64,000 nucleotides of DNA from Coleofasciculus chthonoplastes F2-STO-03 (GCA_040222015.1 JAVJWO010000192.1:33013-97012); one strand, 5' to 3'. Counted from the stretch's first letter, positions 30,707 through 41,271 are shown. Made by a program: numbers and translations. The notes: a model not told the origin generated them from the sequence alone.

Positions 30707-31963
30707 TTAACGAACCGTTTTTCGTCTCCGTTTCCAGAATAGCTGTGCCAATCGTCGCCTTAAATTAACCAACCATTGACCGACCCAATGCTGCAACACT
30801 CGCCAGCGATGGCGCAGGGTGGGCAATCGCTGAAGATAGACGAATTGTCTAATAATACCAGCCAAACGACCGCTTATCTTCAGGGCAAAACTGGAAACCA
30901 CCGCCTCCCCTTTTCCCAAGGTCAACATTTCGCCTAAATGTAAATAGCGGAACGGCTTTAACCGTTTAAGCCTAACCGCCCGATACAGGTTTTTGGCGGC
31001 ACAATCTGCTTGTTGGTAAGCCACTTGTGCGGTTTTGGGGAGTTGACCTGGATAATCTTGAATTTCTGCCATATCCCCTAGGGCTAAGACTTCTGGATAA
31101 TCCACAACCTGTAAAGTAGGGTGGGTGAGTATCTTACCTTGAGGATTCTGCTGACAAGGGAGATGGCGTACCCATTCAATGGAACGAGTCCCCACTGTCC
31201 ATAACACCAGATCAACAGGCATAAGGGTTTTTCCGTTGGGATTAATCAGGGTAATTTGATCCGCTTCAATCGCTTCAACACTGGTTTCAAACTCCATCTG
31301 TACCCGACGGGCGGTTAAGGCGCGATAGGCGGATTTCTGGCTGTAAGGGGTAAAGGTTTTGAGCAATTGTTGACCCCGTTCTATTAGCCGTACTTGTCCC
31401 CGTTGTTGCAAGCGATCGCTCAGTTTACAAGCTAACTCTACACCACTCGGTCCTGCACCGATCACCGCGACGCGAATTTGGGGCAAATTAGACTGTTCTA
31501 ACTGCTTAAGCTTTTGGTTGAGGCGTTCTGCATCAGTAACGGTGCGAAAGGGATAAGCGTAAGTCAGGGGTACGCCCTCTAAGCGCATCTCGACACCAAC
31601 GGCTAAGACTAAATAGTCGTAATTTAGGATTCTCAGGTTTTGCCCTAATTCTGATAGTGTCTCTAATTGCAGCTTAACTTGACGTTTTTCTAGATCGACC
31701 GCCTGAATATTTCCTTGACAAAAGTCAATGGTTGTGTTTTTAATTAAATTCCGATAACGGGGGGCAATTTCCCAGGCTTGTAGTTCCTCGGTCACCCGTT
31801 CATAGAGCAAGGGTGTAAACACCAGATGATCTTTGCGATCGATTAAGGTAATTTTATACTTAGGTGATTTAAACAAGCGAAACCGTTGCAGGTACAAGGC
31901 GGTATAAAGTCCACCAAACCCCCCGCCTAAAATACAGATGTGATTCGAGGGTTCATGGTTCAT
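30707..31963 (-). CDS. Type II NAD(P)H:quinone oxidoreductase, NdbB-like
   Basis: ILGGGFGGLYTA, GAGPSGVELA and PKTAQVAYQQA motifs. Confidence 0.88.
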   Translation of the reverse strand: MNHEPSNHICILGGGFGGLYTALYLQRFRLFKSPKYKITLIDRKDHLVFTPLLYERVTEELQAWEIAPRYRNLIKNTTIDFCQGNIQAVDLEKRQVKLQLETLSELGQNLRILNYDYLVLAVGVEMRLEGVPLTYAYPFRTVTDAERLNQKLKQLEQSNLPQIRVAVIGAGPSGVELACKLSDRLQQRGQVRLIERGQQLLKTFTPYSQKSAYRALTARRVQMEFETSVEAIEADQITLINPNGKTLMPVDLVLWTVGTRSIEWVRHLPCQQNPQGKILTHPTLQVVDYPEVLALGDMAEIQDYPGQLPKTAQVAYQQADCAAKNLYRAVRLKRLKPFRYLHLGEMLTLGKGEAVVSSFALKISGRLAGIIRQFVYLQRLPTLRHRWRVLQHWVGQWLVNLRRRLAQLFWKRRRKTVR

Positions 31964-32907
31964 CGTTCATTGCTAAAGTCCAGTTCAGGAATTGCTCTCA
32001 GTTGCTTCACCAACTCCTTGGAACGAATTGTCCGAGATTTAGGGGTTAGGTGGTAGTGAGTATCGGCAAATAAATCAGAATCAGTTTTCATATTTAAAGA
32101 TTCTGGGTCATAAATTAATGGGGCAATTTTGGCTAACTTCTCTGCCGTTTCTTCCACATTAGCAACGGATTTCTCATCAGTGCGAGCATAGACCCAGGGT
32201 AAAGATAGCACTAATGTTCCGCCCTTGGCTTCAACCTGATCTCGAAATTGCTCAATTCGCTCAAGTGCGTGTTTAGTGATGGGTTGATTAATCGGTAATT
32301 CCCACCACTCTGCTGTGCGACGTTTATCATCTTCTGGGGCGGGATCACCATAGGCATTCACTCCATCCGAATAGTACCCCGTCATCTGTCCTTTTTGGAT
32401 GACATCTATCGTGGATTTAGTGATACCTCTGAGTGTGGCTGTACCCAGGAGTAGGGTATCTTGAGCCAATTGTTTCGGGGGAACGCCACCTAACCCCGGA
32501 CGTCCAATCGCCACACCAAATTGAGCCGAGCGATCGCCGAATCCATCCTCTGACCATAAAATGAGATATTCGGGAATCAGTAGCACAATATCTCCGTCAC
32601 GAACCTGATCAATAATACTGGGAAGAATCACATTTAAACCCACCGGTCCATCGATTCCCAAGTTCAACACCGGAATCCCCAATTTCTCTGACATCAACTC
32701 GGAATTAATCGTGTAATGCGCCCCTGAACCGCCAGTAATCAGCAACCGTCGCGGCGCTTCCACCTTCTCAGCTAAGGCAATTTTGTCTTCGTACATCATC
32801 CGGAGCCAGCTTAATTCTCCGCCATAGCGAGCATTGTAAATGTACCCGATTGTCCAGGCGACAACAGCTACCGCAATCCAACTGGTTAGTTTTAAGGGTT
32901 TCCACAT
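31960..32907 (-). CDS. Membrane-anchored SGNH/DltD-like acyltransferase
   Basis: N-terminal TM helix, ITGGSG (Ser nucleophile block), NLG and C-terminal DTHYH. Translationally coupled to the MBOAT gene. Confidence 0.7.
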   Translation of the reverse strand: MWKPLKLTSWIAVAVVAWTIGYIYNARYGGELSWLRMMYEDKIALAEKVEAPRRLLITGGSGAHYTINSELMSEKLGIPVLNLGIDGPVGLNVILPSIIDQVRDGDIVLLIPEYLILWSEDGFGDRSAQFGVAIGRPGLGGVPPKQLAQDTLLLGTATLRGITKSTIDVIQKGQMTGYYSDGVNAYGDPAPEDDKRRTAEWWELPINQPITKHALERIEQFRDQVEAKGGTLVLSLPWVYARTDEKSVANVEETAEKLAKIAPLIYDPESLNMKTDSDLFADTHYHLTPKSRTIRSKELVKQLRAIPELDFSNER

Positions 32908-34376
32908 CAGAATTCAAAGTAAATAAACTGAGACGGCTGATTCGCGGCGAATAGGATAGTTAATCCTAATAAAACTCGCGATACCCAAGGCAATAGTAAC
33001 AATTCATATTCAAACTTCCGTTTCTGCCAAACGGCGAGATGTTCCATGAATAACACCCCATTTGCCAGTAACAGCGTGACAATCAACACCGCGCCTTCGT
33101 TGAGACTGTAGGAACTCAAGAATTCGCCTAAATTTGATAACGAATACGCCCATGGGGTAACAATCGTGCGTAACTTTGAGAGCAATCGCAAAATATTCGT
33201 GTCCATAAAGAACAGACATCCCAGCGTCACTGAGCCAAAGGTTAGCGCCCAGGAGAAAAACTGAAACCGGGAGACTTGTTTTCCTTTCCCCATCAAGCGT
33301 TGAAATGGTCTACCTGTATATCGCAAAAGCAAGAGTAACCCCCCATGATACGCGCCCCAAATAATGAAGTTCCACGCCGCACCGTGCCAGAATCCAGATA
33401 AGGTAAAGGTGATGAATAAAAAGAAGGCAGCTAATTGTTTTTTAGACCCCATTAGGGGCAGAAACACATAGTCGCGAAACCAGTTATTTAGGGTAATGTG
33501 CCATCGCCGCCAAAACTCTTGGATACTGACAGAAGTATAGGGAGCCAGGAAGTTCACGGTTAGTTTTACTCCCAATATTCTCGCCACACCCAGCGCCATA
33601 AAACTATACCCGGCAAAATCAAAGTAGATTCGCAGGGTAAATAAGTAAGCAAAGAACCAAACAATCCAGGGATTGGCGGTTTCTTGTAAGTTAATGTAGG
33701 GGGCGATATTATCGGCTAGCACCAACTTCATAAAGAAGCCCAAAGAGAGCCAGCGTAATCCCAACTCAAAGTTTTCGGCTGTGAATTTAAACCGAAACGA
33801 TTGAATTTGGGGTAATAAGTCAGCCCGCCGTTCAATTGGTCCAGCGACAATTTGCGGAAAGAAGGCAATAAAGTTAATGTAATCCAGAAAGGCGATAGGT
33901 TTTTTATATTTGGGTCTGAGGGAATCAACCACAAATGCCACCATCTGGAAGGTGTAGAATGAGACACCAGGGGGAATCTGTTGAAAAATAGGTAAGGGAA
34001 AGCCTTGTTCCCAGTTGGTTCTGATTCCCGGTACGATGATGCCAAATACATCTTCGACGAAAAATGTCAAGTATTTGAGGTAGGCGAGGATCGCAATATC
34101 GGTAATAATTACAATCGCGGCAATTAACTTGGCATCATTTCCACGACGCCGAAGCATCAGCCGTACCATGAAGTAGTTGAAAACGATTTCAACGATAAAG
34201 ATGGCGAAACTGGAGCGACTGGCGTTCAAAAATAACATCAATGACATCACCGCCAAGCCGATGGTGTCAAAGTTGTCTCGCCACAGCTTCAGAGATTTGC
34301 CCACATAGCGAATGGCAAAGAAAGGAATGGCGTAAAGTAGTAGTATCCACCAGAAGGAAAAGTCAGAAAAATTCAA
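32907..34376 (-). CDS. MBOAT family O-acyltransferase (AlgI/DltB-like) with C-terminal FIYFEF
   Basis: PPGVSFYTFQ, FFPQIVAGPI, YFDFAGYS, FWRRWHITL and SGFWHG motifs. TTG start behind AGGAGG. Confidence 0.93.
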   Translation of the reverse strand: MNFSDFSFWWILLLYAIPFFAIRYVGKSLKLWRDNFDTIGLAVMSLMLFLNASRSSFAIFIVEIVFNYFMVRLMLRRRGNDAKLIAAIVIITDIAILAYLKYLTFFVEDVFGIIVPGIRTNWEQGFPLPIFQQIPPGVSFYTFQMVAFVVDSLRPKYKKPIAFLDYINFIAFFPQIVAGPIERRADLLPQIQSFRFKFTAENFELGLRWLSLGFFMKLVLADNIAPYINLQETANPWIVWFFAYLFTLRIYFDFAGYSFMALGVARILGVKLTVNFLAPYTSVSIQEFWRRWHITLNNWFRDYVFLPLMGSKKQLAAFFLFITFTLSGFWHGAAWNFIIWGAYHGGLLLLLRYTGRPFQRLMGKGKQVSRFQFFSWALTFGSVTLGCLFFMDTNILRLLSKLRTIVTPWAYSLSNLGEFLSSYSLNEGAVLIVTLLLANGVLFMEHLAVWQKRKFEYELLLLPWVSRVLLGLTILFAANQPSQFIYFEF

Positions 34377-34593
34377 TTAACGGCTTCCTCCTTTTTTGTC
34401 CTTTGTCATTTGTCATTCGTCATTTGTCATTTGTTAGGGAACAGGGAACAGGGAACAGGGAATAGGCTATAGAAATTTTATCTCCTATCTACCCTAACCA
34501 GGGCGGGTTTAGTCAAGTTATCAGTGTGTAGCCATAAATGATCTGTAAAACCCGCCCCTACAACGCTGCTCCCAGACGTGCCATGGCACGTTT

Positions 34594-35028
34594 CTACCCT
34601 CCCAATCCTTTCCAAAATCCACCCCAGCCTTTGCCGGATTTTTCGGATGCTTCGGGTTTCGCTTCTTTCGTCTCAGAGGCGGCGGGTTCGGCGTTATCTG
34701 ATGCGGCTGAAACATCGAATTCTTCGACTAAATATTGAGCCGATTTCTCAATCGTTGGATAATCCCAGAACAAGGTTGAAGGTAATTCCACCTCTAGCCA
34801 ATCTTCGAGTTCACCGACAATCGTTACCGCATCAATAGAGTCAAGTCCATAGCGGGTTAGGGGTTCGGTGACATCAATGTTTTTGGCGTCTAGGGACAGT
34901 TGTTCAACCAGTTGATTTACCATCCAGTTTTGAATCGCTTGGACGGAATCAACAGACTGATTGGTGGTTTCTACGTCACTTTGAACCATAACGTCATTAG
35001 GCTTGGAGTTGGAGTTCTGCACTTGCAT
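34594..35028 (-). CDS. Acyl carrier protein
   Basis: YGLDSI phosphopantetheine site and WDYPTI. The ATG at 35028 follows GAGGA and overlaps the 3' end of the upstream gene. Confidence 0.9.
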   Translation of the reverse strand: MQVQNSNSKPNDVMVQSDVETTNQSVDSVQAIQNWMVNQLVEQLSLDAKNIDVTEPLTRYGLDSIDAVTIVGELEDWLEVELPSTLFWDYPTIEKSAQYLVEEFDVSAASDNAEPAASETKEAKPEASEKSGKGWGGFWKGLGG

Positions 35029-36799
35029 GGGGTTTTTCCTCTTGTGTTTCAGTTTGGGCGAGTTGAATCGGTACAATGGAAAACATTTTGTTTTCCTGAT
35101 GCAGCTTCAGCAGGTGTTGTGCCACATTTTCACTGTACGCTTTCGGGACAGTGGGTAGGGTTCGCCAAGGGCGTAAACGGCGATAAAGTCCTAAGACTAA
35201 CCATTCTCCCTGAGCAAAAAAATCATCCAAGATGGTTCGGTTGTAAATCCAGGTGTGAACTGACGCGGCGGCGGCGTGTAAGTCGCAGTATTTTTTCGCC
35301 AGTTCAAAGAGTTCGGGATCTTGATCATGACCATGTTCAAATCCGGAGTTGGCAATGCGTTCATCGAAGGCGTCGAGTTCTTCTAGAACAATGGTCGTTA
35401 AGGTGATAATTTTTTCCAGTACGTCGGCGTCAACATCCGATGCTGTCTTCAGCGCCTGGAGTTGTTCCAGGGCAATTTCTAACCCTTGCAGCACATCGTC
35501 AGCCCCCCGACCAAATAATCCCAGCTTCTCTGGCTTAAAGGGTGGCACGGATTTTTCTAGGGAAAAAATGGTATCCAGACGAGATTGAATCCCCTCCATC
35601 GTCTTCTGCTTGCGTCTGGAGCGATATTTGGCAATTTGACGAAACTGGAGAATTAGGGCATGGAGGTTCACCACACTACTGCCATCAAACATACTGATAA
35701 TTGAATTATCCCGCAGCAGTTTCTGGAATATGCCGTAGTCATGCTCATCACGCATATAGAAGCGGGAACCGAGGACAACGTAAACACTATTAATCACCTC
35801 CTCTAGTTTGATGGTGACAAAGTATTTCACCACCGCCGCCCAAACTGAGAATTGTTCGGGGATAATATGAAAACCTCTGGCTGCACTAATGGTTTCGCAG
35901 TCACAAACCAACATATCAATAAAGGCATCGACTAAGGTTTGTCGAGGTTGGGGGATATCAAAAACCGTTTTGTTATAAATAACCCGGTCAATGGCAAAAT
36001 TCAGCGTGGTTCTCATCGCCGTATCAGCCGCACCATGAGAGAAGGCGGCGCATAACATCCGGGTAATTTGGAAGCCTTTGAGTGCTAGTTCTAACCCCGA
36101 ACCTTCGTCCTTTAAGCGCATTGCTTCGGGAATAAAGCAATCCTTAAACCCAATCCCGCTCATATCTGAAGCACGAATCCCATGGGTAAGGATTTTGGGC
36201 AGATGGTAATAGGTAGAGGGGTCAAGTTGCCGTTTGTCAACCATAAATAAGGAGAGACACCGAGCGCCCTCTTCACTGGTTTTGGCTAACACAAAGGTTA
36301 CGCCGGAACGGGTAGCCCGGTTAATGGGCCACTTTTCGCCATTGAGGAGATAGCCGCCCTCAACTTTTTTGGCCGTTACATCACCGCCAATCAAGTCACT
36401 CCCATGGGCTCGTTCGGAATAAGCCAGACACATTGTCCCCTTTTCCTCGCGGATAAACTGGGATAGTTTCTTTTTCTGGTCATCTGTCCCCGCCATCCAG
36501 GTCAGGAATGACCAGAACATCGTGGTGAATGCGATCGCGATCGTTTGATCTCGCCGTGACATCACCCGGACAAAGGCGACGAATTCCTCAAAGGAGGTAA
36601 ATTTGCCACCACAGTTTTCTGGCACATAGTAATCTTGCAGTTTCCAGTTATAAAGCCAATCCACTTCAGCTTCGGGAAACTCTTCGCTCTCATCCAGGTC
36701 CATCACCCGCTTAAAGGACATCGTACTTTCTGGATGACCCGGATCGCCCAAATCCCGTTCTAGCGCTTCTGCTATTTGATACTGTTTCAGTTGATGCAT
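34997..36799 (-). CDS. Acyl-CoA/acyl-ACP dehydrogenase
   Basis: AYSERAHGSD, LNGEKWPI, GIRASD and MFDGSSVVN motifs. Confidence 0.9.
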   Translation of the reverse strand: MHQLKQYQIAEALERDLGDPGHPESTMSFKRVMDLDESEEFPEAEVDWLYNWKLQDYYVPENCGGKFTSFEEFVAFVRVMSRRDQTIAIAFTTMFWSFLTWMAGTDDQKKKLSQFIREEKGTMCLAYSERAHGSDLIGGDVTAKKVEGGYLLNGEKWPINRATRSGVTFVLAKTSEEGARCLSLFMVDKRQLDPSTYYHLPKILTHGIRASDMSGIGFKDCFIPEAMRLKDEGSGLELALKGFQITRMLCAAFSHGAADTAMRTTLNFAIDRVIYNKTVFDIPQPRQTLVDAFIDMLVCDCETISAARGFHIIPEQFSVWAAVVKYFVTIKLEEVINSVYVVLGSRFYMRDEHDYGIFQKLLRDNSIISMFDGSSVVNLHALILQFRQIAKYRSRRKQKTMEGIQSRLDTIFSLEKSVPPFKPEKLGLFGRGADDVLQGLEIALEQLQALKTASDVDADVLEKIITLTTIVLEELDAFDERIANSGFEHGHDQDPELFELAKKYCDLHAAAASVHTWIYNRTILDDFFAQGEWLVLGLYRRLRPWRTLPTVPKAYSENVAQHLLKLHQENKMFSIVPIQLAQTETQEEKPHASAELQLQA

Positions 36800-36809
36800 A
36801 AACCTGTAC

Positions 36810-36868
36810 CGAATGACGAATTACAAATGACGAATGACGAATGACAAATGACGAATGACGAATGACAA
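36810..36868. repeat. Short tandem repeat (GAATGAC/AAATGAC)n
   Basis: Seen directly. Similar arrays lie at about 22686-22740, 34395-34433, 40267-40297 and 42927-42958. Confidence 0.9.
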
Positions 36869-36871
36869 ACC

Positions 36872-38713
36872 CTAAGATTTAGGAACTTGTAATTGCTTCG
36901 CCAACGCATCGACTTCTCCCTGGAGAGTACGGAACTTGCTCGTCAGTTTCGGATTTTCACTCCAATCCGCAATCACACCCAGTTCTCCATTCAGGAACTT
37001 GGTTCTCGCCGCACGGCGCTGAATCTTACCACTTGAGGTTTTCTCAATGGTTCCCGGTTGAACTAAGACAACCGCATACGCCGGGATTTCATGTTCCTCA
37101 GCAATAGCTTGGCGAATATCACCAATCACTTCCTCAAAGTTGACATCTTGAGTTCGACGTTCAACCTCCTGCAACGTAATCAACCGTTCCTCACCGCCAG
37201 CCACGATCGAAAATGCCGCCCCATAATCCGGACGCAAGGCGGAGTGAACCTGCTGCACCGTCCATTCAATATCTTGCGGATAATGGTTAGTGCCTCGGAT
37301 AATAATCAGGTCTTTAATCCGACCCGTAATAAACAGTTCACCCTCCCGCAAAAATCCTAAATCCCCGGTTCGCAAGAACGGACCATCCCCCGTATCTGCA
37401 AGATTTGCCTGAAAGGTTTCTTTTGTCGCTTCTTCTCGTTGCCAATACCCTTGGGCGACACTGGGATCTTTCACCCAAATTTCTCCTACTTGATCCGGTT
37501 CACATTGGGTCAATGTATCAGGATTAGCGATAACCACTTGGGTATCACAAACCAGACGCCCGCAACTGGGTAACATCCTGACTCCCTCTTGGGGACTGGA
37601 TAGGGGAACAATCCGATTTTTTTCTAACGCGGATGCATCTAGGATACAGAGAACCGGCGGGGTGAGTAATGGCTTACTTGATACCAGCAGCGTATCTTCG
37701 GCGAGTCCATAAGCAGGGGCAAAGGCATTCCAGCGAAACCCGCATTGTTCAAAGGTTTCAAAGAACGCCTGCATCACTTTCGGGTTAATCGGTTCCGCCG
37801 CATTGCCCGCTGCTTGCCAACTGCTTAAATCCAGTTTTGCCAGTTGTTTGGGTTTTGCCCGCCGCACGCACAAATCGTAGGCAAAGTTAGGGGCTTGGCT
37901 ATGGGTTGCCCGATAATGGGTAATTGCCCCTAACCAGCGCATCGGTTGCTTAATAAACGAGAAGGGCGACATCACATAACAGGGCGTACCGTTATAGAGG
38001 GGTTGGATCATGCCTTGGACTAACCCGTAATCGTGGAAGTAGGGCATCCACGTCACGGTAGCGCTTTCTGAATCGTAACCGCAGGCTTCATTCAGATAGC
38101 CGGAATGGAACATCAGGTTATGGTGAGATAGCATCACTCCCTTGGGTGTGGAGGTAGACCCTGATGTGTACTGAAGATACGCTAGATCATCCCGACTGGT
38201 TTTTGGATCTTGCCAGGATTCAGCTAGATTCAGATCCACCTGTTCCGTATCCAGCCATTGGATATGGTCAAATTCGGGAAAGTCCTCTCGTCCATTCTCC
38301 AACAGAGACAGAATTCGACCTGTGGTTAAACAAATCGAGGCTTGAGCATCCTGGACAATCGATCGCAGTCTGGGTAACGTGCGCTTCATCCGTCCCCCAT
38401 CCGGAGGCGGTACCGGAATCGCGATAATTCCCCCATACAAACAGCCACAAAAGGCAGCAATCACCTCTAATCCTTGGGGATACAGGAGTAACGCTCGCTC
38501 TCCTCTAGCACTGTGCTGTTGTAGCCAAGCGCCAATCGCCCGGGCTATACGGTCAAGTTCCGTGTATGTGAGTTCGGGTCCATCTGGCTTACCATCAACG
38601 AGAAACTTATAGGCTAATTTGTCTGGCTGCTGACGCGCCCTCCAACGCAGCAATTCTGTCAGTGTCGAAAATTCAGCTAGGGAAACTGTAGAACTAGCAG
38701 GGTTTTGAACCAT
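36872..38713 (-). CDS. Fatty acyl-AMP ligase (FAAL)
   Basis: YLQYTSGSTSTPKG, YGLAE, FAAL-type insertion LDASALEKNRI, RTGDLG and KTSSGKIQR motifs. Confidence 0.92.
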   Translation of the reverse strand: MVQNPASSTVSLAEFSTLTELLRWRARQQPDKLAYKFLVDGKPDGPELTYTELDRIARAIGAWLQQHSARGERALLLYPQGLEVIAAFCGCLYGGIIAIPVPPPDGGRMKRTLPRLRSIVQDAQASICLTTGRILSLLENGREDFPEFDHIQWLDTEQVDLNLAESWQDPKTSRDDLAYLQYTSGSTSTPKGVMLSHHNLMFHSGYLNEACGYDSESATVTWMPYFHDYGLVQGMIQPLYNGTPCYVMSPFSFIKQPMRWLGAITHYRATHSQAPNFAYDLCVRRAKPKQLAKLDLSSWQAAGNAAEPINPKVMQAFFETFEQCGFRWNAFAPAYGLAEDTLLVSSKPLLTPPVLCILDASALEKNRIVPLSSPQEGVRMLPSCGRLVCDTQVVIANPDTLTQCEPDQVGEIWVKDPSVAQGYWQREEATKETFQANLADTGDGPFLRTGDLGFLREGELFITGRIKDLIIIRGTNHYPQDIEWTVQQVHSALRPDYGAAFSIVAGGEERLITLQEVERRTQDVNFEEVIGDIRQAIAEEHEIPAYAVVLVQPGTIEKTSSGKIQRRAARTKFLNGELGVIADWSENPKLTSKFRTLQGEVDALAKQLQVPKS

Positions 38714-38995
38714 CTTTATATAACCTTATCTAAGCAGTTGGCTGGGGCTAAGTCTAAGACCTTGTCGCCGCGATCGCTCCATTCATTCGTAGTCGGTGTT
38801 TGATTCGCCACCTTAGCTCAGCTACCCCGATCCGCACGCACATTTAACTCATCTTAAAAATTGATAACAAAACGTGACATAATTATTCTTCTTCCAGTGC
38901 TTTAGATCATTATGGCGTAATATTTATGAATGATACTAATTCTCTATAAAGTTTTGGTAAAGTTTTTACGGTCATTCGTCATTCGTCATTTGTAA

Positions 38996-40150
<1,155 letters not shown>

Positions 40151-40151
40151 T

Positions 40152-40261
40152 AGCTGGGGGAGCTGGGGGAGCAGAGGGAGCAGAGGGAGCAGAGGGAGCA
40201 GAGGGAGCAGAGGGAGCAGAGGGAGCAGAGGGAGCAGAGGGAGCAGAGGGAGCAGAGGGAG
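40152..40261. repeat. 9-bp tandem repeat (GGGAGCAGA)n, about 12 units
   Basis: Seen directly after the vte1 stop codon. Confidence 0.95.
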
Positions 40262-40346
40262 TCAACGAATGACAAATGACAAATGACTAATGACAAATTT
40301 TTTGCTGAAGTTGGGGATCAGGCAAGACTAGAGAGAGAGTATTGGG

Positions 40347-40352
40347 TATAAT
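40347..40352 (+). promoter_or_regulatory. -10 box (TATAAT) of the tRNA-Arg promoter
   Basis: Perfect TATAAT 14 nt upstream of the tRNA 5' end. Confidence 0.55.
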
Positions 40353-40403
40353 GGTTGAATTGAAATGGGGCTGTGGCTCAGATGGATAGAGCAAGCGCCT
40401 CCT

Positions 40404-41271
40404 GAAAAATCGGGCACCGCCAGGGAAACCTGACGAGTGAATGTAGTCAAATTCAAGGAAGCCTAAGTCTGATAACAGATACGGTAATCTTGAGCCAAGC
40501 CGATGCGTTTGAGTTTAAGTCAATCTGGCAAAACTCCACTCTAAAAACGAATCGGAAGGTGCAGAGACTGGTTTAAGGACACCGATAAAAGATGGACTAT
40601 AATGTCTCATCGAAAGTAGAGCAACGCGGTATTCTGGCTGGACTGTTATTAGGTGATGGAAAAAGAAATCAAAACAATTTCTTGATCCAGAATTCATCGA
40701 AGTATGAGGAGTATCTCTTATTTAAGAAAAAGCTTCTCGAACAAATAACGGGTAAATCAGTCAGCATCCGACGCTGGAGTACAAGGAAGGGCTATGAGCA
40801 GATTCGCTTAGAACCAAAGTTGATTCCCCTGACACGGGTTTTAGTTAAGAGGCTTTATCAAGCGGGAACCAAAACAATCACCCGAACGTTCCTAAATTTC
40901 TTAACTCCCCAGGGAATAGCGATTTGGTTTATGGATGATGGGTCTAAGTCCTTCCCGAAAAAAGACGGAAAGGTTCATGCTTTGACGCTTAATCTGAATA
41001 CTTATCTCTCTAAAGAACAAAATGAGATCATTGTTGCTTATTTTGCCGAGGTTTGGGGATTTAAGTGGGGGCTGAGTAAAGCCAAAGGTCTTTATCGTCT
41101 GCGAATGGGAACGAAGGAAGGAAAACGGTTTTTAGCGTTCATTCATCCTTACATCCACGACAGTATGCTCTATAAAGTACAAACGTCCTTAAACAGAACG
41201 GCTACCACCTAAAGGCGATACGCCCAAGGTGAAGGAATAGTCCAGAGAGTGAGGAAACTCACACCAATCTG
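40404..41271 (+). ncRNA. Group I self-splicing intron (IC3-like, 868 nt) inserted after anticodon position 36
   Basis: The 5' exon ends in U with P1 CCUGA/UCGGG. Core elements: P AAATTCAAGGAA, Q AATCTTGAGC, R GTGCAGAGACT, S AAGGAATAGTCC. P3 GTAGTC/GGCTAC, P8 CACCT/AGGTG, terminal G at 41271. Confidence 0.93.
40592..41212 (+). CDS. Intron-encoded LAGLIDADG homing endonuclease (two-motif, LAGLIDADG_2 / I-SceI-like)
   Basis: Motif 1 ILAGLLLGDG and motif 2 GIAIWFMDDG, with C-terminal IHDSMLYK. Located inside the group I intron. Confidence 0.9.
   Translation: MDYNVSSKVEQRGILAGLLLGDGKRNQNNFLIQNSSKYEEYLLFKKKLLEQITGKSVSIRRWSTRKGYEQIRLEPKLIPLTRVLVKRLYQAGTKTITRTFLNFLTPQGIAIWFMDDGSKSFPKKDGKVHALTLNLNTYLSKEQNEIIVAYFAEVWGFKWGLSKAKGLYRLRMGTKEGKRFLAFIHPYIHDSMLYKVQTSLNRTATT

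Noticed and set aside
34594..38713. PKS/NRPS or olefin (OLS) biosynthetic cluster
   Set aside because: No ketosynthase, condensation, sulfotransferase-thioesterase or halogenase gene is adjacent. The downstream genes are MBOAT and SGNH.
40592..41212. Intein-derived or free-standing endonuclease
   Set aside because: There are no intein splicing motifs or host protein, and the ORF lies within a complete group I intron core.
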